Shown here: positions 46,942-57,952 of the stretch, in pieces
Position numbering within the stretch: position 1 is the stretch's first letter
Layout: every line of letters starts with the position of its first letter
IMG/VR virus record: IMGVR_UViG_3300020050_010385
Location: 31,132 to 95,131 of that record
DNA: 64,000 nucleotides
Origin: a virus
Taxonomy: Duplodnaviria > Caudoviricetes
Direction: 5' to 3' (one strand)
Made by a program: the position numbers and the translations under genes
The notes under the pieces: generated by a model
The model's input: only the letters and a program-made list of their open reading frames with translations
Told to the model about the DNA's origin: nothing
Databases searched by the model: none

Positions 46942-47151
46942 ATGTATAGAATTACAAATGGTTCCAACCGGTCCTTTATCGTTAGGTCGGAAGATGTAAT
47001 CAAGGGAGCAAGTGCTGGGCATAAGAAGGAAGAAAAGATTATTGAACCTGGTAAGGGTATTATTGAAGTTACAGATAAGCTTGGTAAGAATTTAGTAAGC
47101 TATCCCGGAATTACCGTTATTGAAATTGTTAAAGAAACCAAAGGAAAATAA
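46942..47151 (+). CDS. Small virion-module protein, copy B
   Basis: Homolog of 247..462. Confidence 0.8.
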   Translation: MYRITNGSNRSFIVRSEDVIKGASAGHKKEEKIIEPGKGIIEVTDKLGKNLVSYPGITVIEIVKETKGK

Positions 47152-47152
47152 A

Positions 47153-47596
47153 ATGAGTTGGACACTACCAACCGTAGCTATTTTTAAGACTCAGTTTTAT
47201 CGAGACTTTCCTTATGCTCCAGATAGTGACTCAAGTAACCTAGATTATGTGATTGATCTAGACATTACCAATGCTATTAATGAAGCTTTTACTAACTTCA
47301 ATTATAGTTTATTTGGTGATCAGGCTGTTACGATATTTTTATATCTAGCAGCTCATACCTTAGTTACTAATATTAGAAATTCATCTATGGGCCTCTCATC
47401 TTTAGCAAAGTTTGCCTTAGAATCTAGTTCAGTTGGTGGAGTATCAATATCAAATAACATTAATGATAAGTTTGCAGGTGATCCTGCATTCTCTGGTTAT
47501 CTAACAACTGGTTATGGTAAGAAGTATTTAGATCTCGTCTATCCATATACAGTTGGAAACGTTGGCATAAGCTGTGGTATTACTACTGCTGCCTAA
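47153..47596 (+). CDS. Head-tail adaptor (DUF4054-like), copy B
   Basis: Homolog of 464..907. Confidence 0.75.
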   Translation: MSWTLPTVAIFKTQFYRDFPYAPDSDSSNLDYVIDLDITNAINEAFTNFNYSLFGDQAVTIFLYLAAHTLVTNIRNSSMGLSSLAKFALESSSVGGVSISNNINDKFAGDPAFSGYLTTGYGKKYLDLVYPYTVGNVGISCGITTAA

Positions 47597-47604
47597 GGAT
47601 TAAT

Positions 47605-48156
47605 ATGAGCTCCAAGGTTACCAAAATTGGAAATTCAAGTTCAGTTAAACTAGATCTAACTGGTCTTAAATCCTTGATAAAAAATATCAATTCTCAGTAT
47701 ACAGTTAAGGTTGGTATCCTTGGAGGAGATGCTACACAAGTCCATCAAAGAAAGGAAACAGGTGCATTAGCTAAAGGAGGCGGTCACAAGAAGGGTAAAA
47801 ATGACTCACCTACTACTAATGCTGAGATTGGTCTAGCTCATGAAAAGGGTATTAAGTCAAAGAATTTACCCAGACGTTCATGGCTTGAAGTACCACTACA
47901 GGATCACCTAAATGAATACTTTAAGAAGCTAGGGCCTGAAGTAATTTCTAATATGTTAGTCAATCAACCTAAATTAGCTTTTCAACACCTAGGGCTTGTT
48001 TGTGAGCAAATAATTTTAAAGGGCTTTGAGACTAATGGTTTTGGGAAGTGGAAAGCCCTTAAGCAGTCTACCATTAACGCTAAAGGATCAGACCGTATTC
48101 TAGTAGATACAGCACAACTTAAAAAATCTGTTACCTCTGAGGTTGTAAGTAAATGA
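47605..48156 (+). CDS. Neck/virion morphogenesis protein, copy B
   Basis: Homolog of 916..1467. Confidence 0.75.
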   Translation: MSSKVTKIGNSSSVKLDLTGLKSLIKNINSQYTVKVGILGGDATQVHQRKETGALAKGGGHKKGKNDSPTTNAEIGLAHEKGIKSKNLPRRSWLEVPLQDHLNEYFKKLGPEVISNMLVNQPKLAFQHLGLVCEQIILKGFETNGFGKWKALKQSTINAKGSDRILVDTAQLKKSVTSEVVSK

Positions 48157-48560
48157 TTAAGAATGGTAAAGACAAAGCTTTTGGACAATCATCTGCTGGA
48201 CTACCTGATGTCTCACCTGCTGTGATGAACTTATTTCAACCAGTAGCTGTAGGCATAATTAAAGCTACACAGATTAATGGATATACTCAAACTATTATTT
48301 CCAGCAGGATAAAGACTAAAGGCGTACGTATTCAAACCTCCAATCAACTAGTTATATCAAAGACCGGTGAAAGAATCTGGGACTCAGTTGAAATATACCT
48401 TTTAAATGATATTAACCTAGAGGCTGATGACTTATTTTTATTTCAAGGAATACAGTATCGAGTAGTGACTACTGAGGAGTGGTCAGAGTATGGCTATAAT
48501 AAATACTCAGTTGTCCAAGATTATACTAAAATTTATAACCCATTACCTAATGTCCTATGA
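48153..48560 (+). CDS. Head-closure/connector protein, copy B
   Basis: Homolog of 1464..1871. Confidence 0.6.
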   Translation: MIKNGKDKAFGQSSAGLPDVSPAVMNLFQPVAVGIIKATQINGYTQTIISSRIKTKGVRIQTSNQLVISKTGERIWDSVEIYLLNDINLEADDLFLFQGIQYRVVTTEEWSEYGYNKYSVVQDYTKIYNPLPNVL

Positions 48561-49129
48561 TTAGATCTGATGGTATACCACAAACTTCTCTTGACCTTTT
48601 ACGCCTGATTCTAATTAATCAAATGGGCCTAGAAGGTGATCGGGTTAATATTTATGATGAAAAATGGAAGATCCCAGCTTATGAAGATCTATTCATTACT
48701 CTAGAATATCGTAATGCTAGGTGCATAGCTAATCGTAATACCTTTATCTCTACCGGTGGAGATCCCATAGAAGAGCAGGATGTGAATATGCTTGAGAACA
48801 TTACGGTAGGAGTTTTCTCAAGAGACCGCTCAGCTATGCAAAGAAAAGAAGAAGTCTTAATGGCGATCATGTCACAATATGCTCAATTTATCCAGGAGTC
48901 TTATGCATTCAAAATAGCAAGAGTTGGTTCTATAGATGATCTTTCTAGCTTAGAGGGTGCTGCAATGCTGAAAAGATATGATATTAATTTAACTATATTT
49001 GCTTGGTATCAAAAGATTATTACAGCTAAATATATTTCACCTCCATTCCTAGTGAGAGTTACTGCTAATGATCCAGGAGTTGGAAAAATGACAAACCAAT
49101 TTACTCAGATATTAACTCAACCAACATAA
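48557..49129 (+). CDS. Tail terminator/completion protein, copy B
   Basis: Homolog of 1868..2440. Confidence 0.6.
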   Translation: MIRSDGIPQTSLDLLRLILINQMGLEGDRVNIYDEKWKIPAYEDLFITLEYRNARCIANRNTFISTGGDPIEEQDVNMLENITVGVFSRDRSAMQRKEEVLMAIMSQYAQFIQESYAFKIARVGSIDDLSSLEGAAMLKRYDINLTIFAWYQKIITAKYISPPFLVRVTANDPGVGKMTNQFTQILTQPT

Positions 49130-49142
49130 AGGAGCATAATGA

Positions 49143-50507
49143 ATGTCTACACTTCCACTAAGTAACGTAATTTCTGTGAATGTCTTTTTTCCACCTACTG
49201 GGGTGGGAGCATTCAATGTTAATAACTTAGCTTTATTTACCAGTGATGCTTTTCTAAGCAATCCGAGTCTTGATACTTATCGTGTTTATACTTCTGCCCA
49301 ACAAGTAGGAGTAGATTTTGGTACAACTACAGAAACCTATCAACAGGCAGTAGCGGTATTTTCTCAGCAGCCTAATATTCTAGCAGGTGGTGGTACTCTA
49401 ATTATCTTTCCGAGTTTTGTTAATAGTGCTATTAATGCTATTAGTATTGGAGCAGCTGGAACTGGCTATGTAATTGGTGATCTTCTTAATGTAGTTCAAG
49501 GATCAGCTTATGGTGGGGTAGTTAGGGTTACTACAGTATATGCAGGAGCAGTTACAGGAGTTACCTTAGTTTCAGGTGGTGCTGGCTACTCAGCAGCAGC
49601 TGGCTTAGCTACTACTGGTGGTACGGGTGGTGGATGTACTATTACTATTGCTTCAGTTACTACAGAAACATTAACTCAAGCCATTGCTCGGGTATCTGAA
49701 ATGGTTTACTTCTGTGGTATTATCTCAACAGCTTATGGACTAAATTCTACCTGGGCGGCATTAGCTACAGCAGTTCAGTCCTATGGTAATAAGCTTTTAT
49801 TCTTACCCTCTAATGCTCTTACTGATATTCCAGGGGTATTTACTACTATTAAAGATGCCACTAATTACTATACTCGGTGCCTATATTACTCAGGTACTGC
49901 TTTACAATCAAGACTATTTGCAGCGTCCTATGCAGCTAGACTCTTATCTGTAGACTTCACTGGATCATTTACTGCTATTACTATGAACCTTAAGCAGCTC
50001 TCAGGAGTTACAGCTGATAGTGGTATTAGTACTACAGTAGCTGCCTTATGTGCTACAGCTGGGGTTGATGTATATGGCTCCTATGCCAATGTGCCGGCTA
50101 CTATCTCAAATGGTACGAATAAATATGCAGATCAAGTATTCAATCTTATCTGGTTTGTCTTAGCTCTTCAAGTAGCTGGGTATAATGCTTTAGCTACCGT
50201 ATCGACTAAGATTCCTCAAACTGATAGTGGAATGAATCTTTATAAAGGAGCATTAAAACAAATTTGTGAACAGGCAGTTGCTAATGGGTATCTTGCTCCT
50301 GGTACTTGGACAGCGGTAGATACTTTTGGTAATCAGGCTGACTTCCTAAATAATATTCTTTCAAAGGGATACTATATTTATTCAGCTCCTATTAACCTAC
50401 AAACAGTAGCAGCTCGTGCAGCACGTCAAGCACCACTAGTTCAGATAGCAGTTAAAGAAGCTGGAGCTATTCAATCCAGTGTTATCAACGTATATGTTAA
50501 TCCGTAA
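49143..50507 (+). CDS. Contractile tail sheath, copy B
   Basis: Homolog of 2454..3818, same length. Confidence 0.88.
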   Translation: MSTLPLSNVISVNVFFPPTGVGAFNVNNLALFTSDAFLSNPSLDTYRVYTSAQQVGVDFGTTTETYQQAVAVFSQQPNILAGGGTLIIFPSFVNSAINAISIGAAGTGYVIGDLLNVVQGSAYGGVVRVTTVYAGAVTGVTLVSGGAGYSAAAGLATTGGTGGGCTITIASVTTETLTQAIARVSEMVYFCGIISTAYGLNSTWAALATAVQSYGNKLLFLPSNALTDIPGVFTTIKDATNYYTRCLYYSGTALQSRLFAASYAARLLSVDFTGSFTAITMNLKQLSGVTADSGISTTVAALCATAGVDVYGSYANVPATISNGTNKYADQVFNLIWFVLALQVAGYNALATVSTKIPQTDSGMNLYKGALKQICEQAVANGYLAPGTWTAVDTFGNQADFLNNILSKGYYIYSAPINLQTVAARAARQAPLVQIAVKEAGAIQSSVINVYVNP

Positions 50508-50527
50508 TTCTAAAGAAGGAGACGATA

Positions 50528-50983
50528 ATGTCAATTGTAGCAATGACTGGTAAAGATACTATTACTATCAACGGTCGAAACTTTAATGACTTTGCCGATG
50601 GTATAGTAGCAGAAATTGATTTCCCAAATGATGTAGTTCAAATGAAAACTGGAAAGAATGGTAATACAATTTATGGCCTTAACAATACTGGAAAACAATC
50701 AGGAGTAAATTTAAGACTAATCTTAGGCTCTTCAGATGATATTTTCTTAAATAATCTTTTATTAAACATGCAGGCTAACTTTGCTGGCTTTGCTTTAATG
50801 GCTGGTACCTTCGTTAAGAATGTTGGTGATGGAGCTGGTAATATTAAGTCGGTCACTTATGTTATGTCAGGTGGAGTATTTAAGGGAGCAGTCAAGGCCA
50901 TGGAAAATTCTGATGGTGATACCAATCAATCAGTTTCCGAATGGCGTCTATTATTTAGCAATGCGCCCAGAGCGATAGGTTAA
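50528..50983 (+). CDS. Tail tube protein, copy B
   Basis: Homolog of 3839..4294. Confidence 0.8.
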   Translation: MSIVAMTGKDTITINGRNFNDFADGIVAEIDFPNDVVQMKTGKNGNTIYGLNNTGKQSGVNLRLILGSSDDIFLNNLLLNMQANFAGFALMAGTFVKNVGDGAGNIKSVTYVMSGGVFKGAVKAMENSDGDTNQSVSEWRLLFSNAPRAIG

Positions 50984-50987
50984 GCCC

Positions 50988-51365
50988 ATGGAACCATTTA
51001 AAAAGACACTCGAGTCCGGAGCGGAATTGACCATCAGCCTAGCGTCTTTTCCGGAAGGACACCGTCTATTCAAAGCGGTAACAAAAGAATTACAAAGTAT
51101 TGATCTAGCTGAAGATACAGTTCAAAAGCTATCCATGCAATTAGTTTCCAGTGAGGCAATTGAACAAGCTTTATGGCCTTGCATGGCCAGAGCAACATAT
51201 GATGGCTTAAAGGTAAATCAGGAACTATTTGAAGACGCAAAAATAAGATGTGACTTTTTAGAAGTCATGAAGGAGGTACTTGGTTTTAACCTCGTCCCTT
51301 TCTCAAAAAACCTAGGTTCATTGTCAACAGCCATATTCCGAAAAGATATAAATATCCTAGAGTAG
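50988..51365 (+). CDS. Tail assembly chaperone (G form), copy B
   Basis: Homolog of 4299..4676. Confidence 0.75.
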   Translation: MEPFKKTLESGAELTISLASFPEGHRLFKAVTKELQSIDLAEDTVQKLSMQLVSSEAIEQALWPCMARATYDGLKVNQELFEDAKIRCDFLEVMKEVLGFNLVPFSKNLGSLSTAIFRKDINILE

Positions 51366-51541
51366 AAATACATGTTGACGAATCAATAGTTATTGTGCTT
51401 AGGTTAAGTAAAAATGGATATGGCAGTATTAAAGAATTAATGGAGTTACCATCTGAAATGGTTTTAGCAGCTTGGGAATATGATAACTTTATTCAGGATT
51501 TAGAAAGTGCCACTATGGAATTAAATAAGGACCAAAAATGA
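50988..51541 (+). CDS. Tail assembly chaperone, -1 frameshifted (GT form), copy B
   Basis: CCCTTTC 51296-51302 and AAAAAAC 51305-51311; -1 frame open to TGA 51539-51541. Confidence 0.75.
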
Positions 51542-52578
51542 AAGTAGCAGAATTATTCGCAGAGGTTGGTTTTAAATTTGATTCTATTAAATTAAGAGAA
51601 GTAGGTAAGTTACTCGGTGACCTTAACCTCTCTTCTATTATTGGTGCTACATCATTAACTGCTTTAGGACTAAAGATAGTTGATGTAATGGGAGCAGCTA
51701 GTAAAGCTTCAGTAGCACTATTAAACCTAAAACAAGCTACGGGATTAGACCCAGTTAGACTACAGCAACTTGATGTTTACTTTCAAAAATTTGGTGCTAG
51801 TGCAGGTGAAGCTCAACAAGCACTTTATAATTTGAATAAACTAAGACTAGAAGTTTTACAGGGTAAAGGAGATCCTCAGGCTTTTATTTTAACTGGCTTA
51901 TTACCCACTACTGATACTTTGAAACTCCTTGATCAAATTCATGAAAAGTTTAGCGATACTTCTTTCCTTAAGAATTGGGCTGGGTCATTTGCTCAAGGTG
52001 CACAATCTCTTCAAGAAATGAGAGCAGCCTGGAAAGATATGATAGCCAACCAATTTGGTATTCCTTCTAGTATGTTAAGAGGCCTAGATCAATCAAATGA
52101 AAAGTGGAGAGAGATGAGTAAGATCTTAGCCTTAAATGAGGAAGAGATTAGGCTCAATGCTGAAGTCCATGAGAAATGGGTTGCATCAATGAATGACCTA
52201 AATGTAGAAATACAAAAGGTAGTTACTAACCTTACTCCTATAGCTATTGAAGTATTAAAGATTGTAGATGCTGTAGTAATCCTAGAAAATAAATTTCAAG
52301 TTCTCGGTGGCTTTATTGAGAGACTAAAAATAATTGGTACTTTTACTAAAGCAGCTGCAGCAGATTTTAATAATTCCATACTGAGTAAGAGAGATAAGTT
52401 CAATAGGTTCTTGAATCCAGTTCCAGCTAATTCTCCCGCTGGTCAAAGTATGAAACAAACAAATAATGTTACTGTTCACGTCAATGCTAATAATCCCGAA
52501 GAGTTTGTAACTAAATTTGATTCGGTATTTAAAAAATATCTTTCTAACGCTGACATTCAATTCGGACAACAACGATGA
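51538..52578 (+). CDS. Tape measure protein (346 aa), copy B
   Basis: Homolog of 4849..5886. Confidence 0.75.
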   Translation: MKVAELFAEVGFKFDSIKLREVGKLLGDLNLSSIIGATSLTALGLKIVDVMGAASKASVALLNLKQATGLDPVRLQQLDVYFQKFGASAGEAQQALYNLNKLRLEVLQGKGDPQAFILTGLLPTTDTLKLLDQIHEKFSDTSFLKNWAGSFAQGAQSLQEMRAAWKDMIANQFGIPSSMLRGLDQSNEKWREMSKILALNEEEIRLNAEVHEKWVASMNDLNVEIQKVVTNLTPIAIEVLKIVDAVVILENKFQVLGGFIERLKIIGTFTKAAAADFNNSILSKRDKFNRFLNPVPANSPAGQSMKQTNNVTVHVNANNPEEFVTKFDSVFKKYLSNADIQFGQQR

Positions 52579-53465
52579 GCCTAAACTTAAACTTTGCTTC
52601 AAAGAAACCAAACTTAGTTCAGAATGCTGCTAATCTACTTTCTTCAGTAGTGAATCAAGCTATAGTTAGGCCACTAGGAATGCCCAATGTTGTAGGAGTT
52701 TCTGGGTTTGTAATGGACATACTTGATGATGAAGAAATAAGCTTAGACTCAGATATTACTGATCACTATGTAGAACAGAATTATGCTATACAAGACCACA
52801 TAGCACTAAGGCCGGTTAGGTTTTCTCTTAAGGGATTAGTAGGCGAACAAGTAGATACCATACCAAATTCTTTAGCTAGTATCTTTACCCAGGTAACTGG
52901 TCTTTCTACTTTGGGTGGACTAACTCCTCAATTCAATATCCAGGATGCTCAATTCTATGCTAAGGTAAATGATGTAGTTCAGTTAGGCACTAATGTTCTA
53001 AAGCAGGTAAAGAACGTATTTCAACTATTTGATCAATCCTCTACTACAACTAATAAGCAACAAACTGTATATCAGTTCTTCTACAATATGTGGAAAACTA
53101 GACAACTGTGCTCAGTAGAAACTCCATTTGCAGTATTTGAGAACATGGCCATAGAATCAGTTCGTGCCTATCAATCTGGGGATACTAACCTTATTAGTGA
53201 ATTTGTAGTTACCTTTAAACAAATACAAACGACTTCTACTACAGTCTTCTCTGGCAATACCAGTTCTATAGTAGCTCAGAACCTTGGGTCTATTTCTAAT
53301 TTACCTCGTGAGGCAGGCGGACGCTTTGAACAAATGACTTCTCAACCTGTAAGTTTAGGCACAGATCCTGGGAAGTCCAATGACTCAAATGGCAATTTAA
53401 TTTCAGTAGCAAATACTTCTCAAAATCTCTATATTCAACAAGCCGGTGCCCCAAATGAGTATTAG
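52575..53465 (+). CDS. Baseplate/tube-initiator protein, copy B
   Basis: Homolog of 5883..6773. Confidence 0.7.
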   Translation: MSLNLNFASKKPNLVQNAANLLSSVVNQAIVRPLGMPNVVGVSGFVMDILDDEEISLDSDITDHYVEQNYAIQDHIALRPVRFSLKGLVGEQVDTIPNSLASIFTQVTGLSTLGGLTPQFNIQDAQFYAKVNDVVQLGTNVLKQVKNVFQLFDQSSTTTNKQQTVYQFFYNMWKTRQLCSVETPFAVFENMAIESVRAYQSGDTNLISEFVVTFKQIQTTSTTVFSGNTSSIVAQNLGSISNLPREAGGRFEQMTSQPVSLGTDPGKSNDSNGNLISVANTSQNLYIQQAGAPNEY

Positions 53466-53468
53466 TCT

Positions 53469-53840
53469 ATGAAGCAGATAACCTCTTTAACTAATGATGC
53501 AAATCAAGTATTGGCCATCTTGCTAGATGATGGGACCAGGGTTAATATTACTCTAAGCTATTGCCCCAATCAGCTGGGATGGTTTTACTCCCTAACCTAC
53601 AATGACTTTGTAGTTAATAATCGTAGGATAGTTAATTCACCTAATATGCTAAGACAGTTCAGAGACATTATCCCATTTGGATTAGCCTGCTTAGTCGTAG
53701 ATGGTTATGAACCAATATACCAAAGTGATTTCGTAGATGGTAGAGCAGCATTATATATTTTAAATGAACTGGATTTAGTTGAGACTGAGACTTTAATAAC
53801 AATAACTTTACCAAACTTTGTAGGCTATCCCTTAAACTAA
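53469..53840 (+). CDS. Small baseplate protein, copy B
   Basis: Homolog of 6777..7148. Confidence 0.6.
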   Translation: MKQITSLTNDANQVLAILLDDGTRVNITLSYCPNQLGWFYSLTYNDFVVNNRRIVNSPNMLRQFRDIIPFGLACLVVDGYEPIYQSDFVDGRAALYILNELDLVETETLITITLPNFVGYPLN

Positions 53841-54781
53841 TGCCATTAATTACTAGCACAAATAAATTCCAGAGAACCTACACTATGCAAATTCAAGGCA
53901 TAGATGGTACCCTTTTCAATATAGGTTCCGAGAATGGTGAAAGCCTTCTAACTATGGAATTTTCTGTAAGACGTGATGTTTTAGCTTCTGCTCAATCAGG
54001 TACCTTTCGTATTCGTAATCTAAATTCCAGTATTAGATCACAGATTTATAAGGATTGGTTTGATACTGGAAGATTGCCTACACTAATAGTAAAAGCTGGG
54101 TACTTAAATACTCCTCTCTCTACCATATTTAATGGCATTGCTTTATCTATATCCTCATGTCGGGAAGAGGGAGGTACAGATTTTATTACTGAGATTGAAG
54201 CACAAGACTACTCATTAATCATGTCTAATAGCTTCTCTCATTGGACTATAGGGGACAATAGCAATCCAGTAAATCAAGAAGGAATAATTAATAGGCTGAT
54301 AGATGACCTTAAACTTACTGCTACTAAGTATGGTAAAACCCTTTCAACAGGGGTAGTAGGTGGCTTCTTAGCTAATCGTTATACCTATACCGCCAATGAT
54401 TATACCTGGAATCTACTACAGGTAGAAACTAATAGGCTTTCATATATTGATAATGGAAAAATCTATTGCCTACCTAACAATTATGTATTTGAAGGTGATG
54501 TTAATTTGGTATCTTCTGAGACTGGGCTGCTGGGTAGTCCTCGCAGATACCAAAGTAATCTAGTAGCCGAAATGGTATTTGAACCTTCTATTATTCCTGG
54601 ACAACAGATTTACCTAGATACAAATTTAGATAAGTCTTTTAATAGCTCTCAGAATGGAACCTATAAGGTTACAGGAGTTCAACATGCCGGAGTAATTTCT
54701 TCAGCTGTAAGTGGTAAATGTAAGACGCTAATAACTATGCAACTTATTGGAACTCCCTTTGTGGCAAGGTTTGGATTATGA
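53840..54781 (+). CDS. Baseplate hub protein, copy B
   Basis: Homolog of 7148..8089. Confidence 0.78.
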   Translation: MPLITSTNKFQRTYTMQIQGIDGTLFNIGSENGESLLTMEFSVRRDVLASAQSGTFRIRNLNSSIRSQIYKDWFDTGRLPTLIVKAGYLNTPLSTIFNGIALSISSCREEGGTDFITEIEAQDYSLIMSNSFSHWTIGDNSNPVNQEGIINRLIDDLKLTATKYGKTLSTGVVGGFLANRYTYTANDYTWNLLQVETNRLSYIDNGKIYCLPNNYVFEGDVNLVSSETGLLGSPRRYQSNLVAEMVFEPSIIPGQQIYLDTNLDKSFNSSQNGTYKVTGVQHAGVISSAVSGKCKTLITMQLIGTPFVARFGL

Positions 54782-55806
54782 CAGATAATATTTCAAATAA
54801 TAGGTATATAGTACCAGACTTAACTGAGTTTCTTTCTAGAAGAATGAATGACATTTCAGCAAGAATTAATTGCTTGACTATGGGGACGATCATCTCTTTT
54901 AATGCCACTAATCAAACGGCAATAGTCTCGGTTAATTTCCAGAAGGTAATAAAAGGAGTAAACCCTACTAGTATTGTTGGTGAAGTTTCAGATATGGTTA
55001 TTAATTATCCCACTTTAGTAAATGTACCAGTAGCCTTTATGAATGGAGGAGGTGGATATTTAACCTTCCCGATTACTCCAGGAGATACTTGTATTTTATT
55101 ATTTTGTGATCGTGATATGGATATCTGGTTTGCTACTGGACAGGTAGTTCCACCAAACTCTGAAAGACTACATGATATAAATGATGCTGTTGCTTTAATA
55201 GGTATAAGAAACCTACAGCAATCATTAGTAGGATATTCAACTACTCAAGTACAGCTAAACTTTCCAACTGGCCTAGTAACAGTAAATGACTTAACCGGGG
55301 AAAGACTAAATCAAGCTGGATTCCTTCAGCCTTATGCGGGATCAACTGCTCCCTCAGGCTGGTTATTGTGCTATGGTCAAGCTATCAGTCGTACTACCTA
55401 TGCTACGCTCTTTGCCATTATAGGCACAACCTATGGTTCTGGAGATGGATCAACTACCTTTAATGTACCAGACTTAAGAGGCCGTACAGTAGCTGGCCTT
55501 GATAATATGGGTGGTTCCAATGCTAATGTTTTAACTAATGCCTACAACCCTAATAGAAATACCTTAGGTGGTAATACTGGAGAAGAAGCCCACCAACTTA
55601 GTATTCCAGAGATGCCAGAACATGATCACCCCGGTAGTACTGCTAATACTAGAAATGACTCCTCAGCTGCTGGTGGTGCTGATGCAGCAGTTCAAGCTCA
55701 ATTAATCAATAGTCTTATAAACGTTACAGTAGCTCCTCAAGGTAGTGACACACCTCACCAGAACGTTCAACCTACAAAGATGGTTAATTGGATTATAAAA
55801 ATATGA
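54778..55806 (+). CDS. Gp138-type spike fused to a tail-collar domain, copy B
   Basis: Homolog of 8086..9114. Confidence 0.85.
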   Translation: MTDNISNNRYIVPDLTEFLSRRMNDISARINCLTMGTIISFNATNQTAIVSVNFQKVIKGVNPTSIVGEVSDMVINYPTLVNVPVAFMNGGGGYLTFPITPGDTCILLFCDRDMDIWFATGQVVPPNSERLHDINDAVALIGIRNLQQSLVGYSTTQVQLNFPTGLVTVNDLTGERLNQAGFLQPYAGSTAPSGWLLCYGQAISRTTYATLFAIIGTTYGSGDGSTTFNVPDLRGRTVAGLDNMGGSNANVLTNAYNPNRNTLGGNTGEEAHQLSIPEMPEHDHPGSTANTRNDSSAAGGADAAVQAQLINSLINVTVAPQGSDTPHQNVQPTKMVNWIIKI

Positions 55807-56168
55807 TCATTAGAGCATTAGATATAAATCACGATTGGACATTTGGTAAGGGTAAAGAGAACTACCTATCAGCTCAATTAGCTATTGCTGAGAATATCCA
55901 GACGAGAATATTATCATTTTTTGGTAATTGCTTTTTTGATATGTCAGCTGGTATTGAGTGGTTCACTCTTTTAGGTACTCCTAATAGTGACCAGCAAATC
56001 CTATTAAATGTCAGAGCTATAATCCTTCAATCCTATGGAGTTGTAAGTGTGAATAGTTTAACACTAAATTCTACTAACTCTAGTCGTAGAGCAACTCTGA
56101 CTTACAACATAAATACTATCTATACTCAAAATTATACCCAAACCTTAGAGGTAGTCCCAAATGTCTAA
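55803..56168 (+). CDS. Baseplate wedge (gp25-like), copy B
   Basis: Homolog of 9111..9476. Confidence 0.7.
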   Translation: MIIRALDINHDWTFGKGKENYLSAQLAIAENIQTRILSFFGNCFFDMSAGIEWFTLLGTPNSDQQILLNVRAIILQSYGVVSVNSLTLNSTNSSRRATLTYNINTIYTQNYTQTLEVVPNV

Positions 56169-57336
56169 TCAAATAACAGCAGCTGGAATTCAAATTGAAA
56201 CCTTTGAACAAATTGTAGCAAATATCACTAATGGTACTTCAGATACTCCTGGTTTGATTCAGATTTACGGGGCTGATATTAACGTGGCCTCAAATTCACC
56301 AGATGGACAAATGATTAATATCTATGCTCTTTCAAAAATGGATATTTTAAATCTCTGTGTAGCTATCTATAATTCCATGGATCCAGATCAAGCTGTGGGA
56401 GTATCATTAGACCGTATTGCTCAAATTTCAGGATTGACAAGGAAGCCGGGAACTTATACACAAGTGGCCATCGATGTGGTAACTAACCAGAGTGTTAACC
56501 TGAACGGACTTGATACTTCCACTCCCTTTACTATACAGGACTCTAATGGTAATTTATTCTACCTTATTACTTCAGCTTCTCTTTCTTCTGGAACTACTAG
56601 CCTTAGTTTCCAATCAGCAGCAATTGGTTTTATCCAGGTATTGGCAAATACTTTAACTACTCCAGTAACAATTGTAGCCGGGGTAGTGAGTGTAAATAAT
56701 CCAGCAGTTCCTACTCAAGTAGGTACGAATCAAGAGACGGATGCTAATTTCAGATTACGTCGACAAGCTTCTACTGCTTTCCCAGCACAAAGTTCTTTGA
56801 AGGCTCTCTTTTCAGGACTAAATTCTCTGGTAGGAGTAACTGAGGCTGTAGTTTATGAGAATACTACTAATGCAGTAGATGCTGATGGTATTCCAGCACA
56901 TGGCATTTGGGTAGTTACTGACGGAGGTACAGCAGCACTAATTGGAGAAACAATTTATACTTATCGGAACTTAGGTATACCGATGAAAGGAACCTTAACT
57001 TACGTTATTACTCAAGTAGATCTTTCAACTATTACTATGCAATATGATTCAGCAGTAAATGAAAATCTTTACCTACAGGCAACTCTAGTTTCCATTAGTG
57101 GTTCAGCCATTGATCGGACGGCAATAAAAGAAGCTCTAGTAACTAACTACATTTTAGGTATTTATGATCCAGCAGATGTTTCAACTCTAAATATACAGAT
57201 CAGAGCTATTAACCCAGATGTAGTTTGCTCAGGATTAGGAGTTTCTAATGATGGAGTTACCTGGGTAAATCTTTTGAGTCCCTTATCTAAAAAGAATAAA
57301 TTTGTTCTATCAACCGCTAGAATAACGTTGAGCTAA
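56161..57336 (+). CDS. Baseplate J-like protein, copy B
   Basis: Homolog of 9469..10644. Confidence 0.88.
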   Translation: MSNQITAAGIQIETFEQIVANITNGTSDTPGLIQIYGADINVASNSPDGQMINIYALSKMDILNLCVAIYNSMDPDQAVGVSLDRIAQISGLTRKPGTYTQVAIDVVTNQSVNLNGLDTSTPFTIQDSNGNLFYLITSASLSSGTTSLSFQSAAIGFIQVLANTLTTPVTIVAGVVSVNNPAVPTQVGTNQETDANFRLRRQASTAFPAQSSLKALFSGLNSLVGVTEAVVYENTTNAVDADGIPAHGIWVVTDGGTAALIGETIYTYRNLGIPMKGTLTYVITQVDLSTITMQYDSAVNENLYLQATLVSISGSAIDRTAIKEALVTNYILGIYDPADVSTLNIQIRAINPDVVCSGLGVSNDGVTWVNLLSPLSKKNKFVLSTARITLS

Positions 57337-57340
57337 AGCC

Positions 57341-57943
57341 ATGACACTAACTGAAGCACTAGACTATTATGCAAATCAATTAATTATCCAATATGCCGAA
57401 TTACCTAAGGCAAAAGATACCATTAAGTGCCTAGTGAACAATGCTGCTTGTGATGGATTAGTCTTTTCTCTTCAAGATGCTTTTAATCTAGACACAGCTT
57501 CTGGTCAACAACTAACCATCTTAGGAAATATTGTAGGAGTTCCCAGAGAAATATTTGGCCTTGATCTTACCCATGAATTTTTTAATTTTACTAGGTACTC
57601 AGGAGTTCCAGCTAGTATTGGATTTAATCGCTTTAGTACTCCAACAGATACTTACTATATTTCACGTTGGCAAACTACAACTTCATATACCACTACAGAC
57701 TTTGAATTACTATCACTAATAAAGATTAAGATCATTGCTAACAATAATTATACTTCTTTGAAAACTATTAAGGAAGCTTTATATGAGATCTTTGAAGGAG
57801 CAATAGACGTGGTAGATAACCTTGATTATACTATTACTTATAATCTACAAAATCCGTACCATAACGTTGGAACAATTTGTGCTTTTCTTGGCAACATACT
57901 ACCTAAACCAATGGGCGTAGGTATCACGATTGTTAATATCTAG
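57341..57943 (+). CDS. Baseplate protein (DUF2612-like), copy B
   Basis: Homolog of 10649..11251. Confidence 0.8.
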   Translation: MTLTEALDYYANQLIIQYAELPKAKDTIKCLVNNAACDGLVFSLQDAFNLDTASGQQLTILGNIVGVPREIFGLDLTHEFFNFTRYSGVPASIGFNRFSTPTDTYYISRWQTTTSYTTTDFELLSLIKIKIIANNNYTSLKTIKEALYEIFEGAIDVVDNLDYTITYNLQNPYHNVGTICAFLGNILPKPMGVGITIVNI

Positions 57944-57952
57944 GAGAATTAA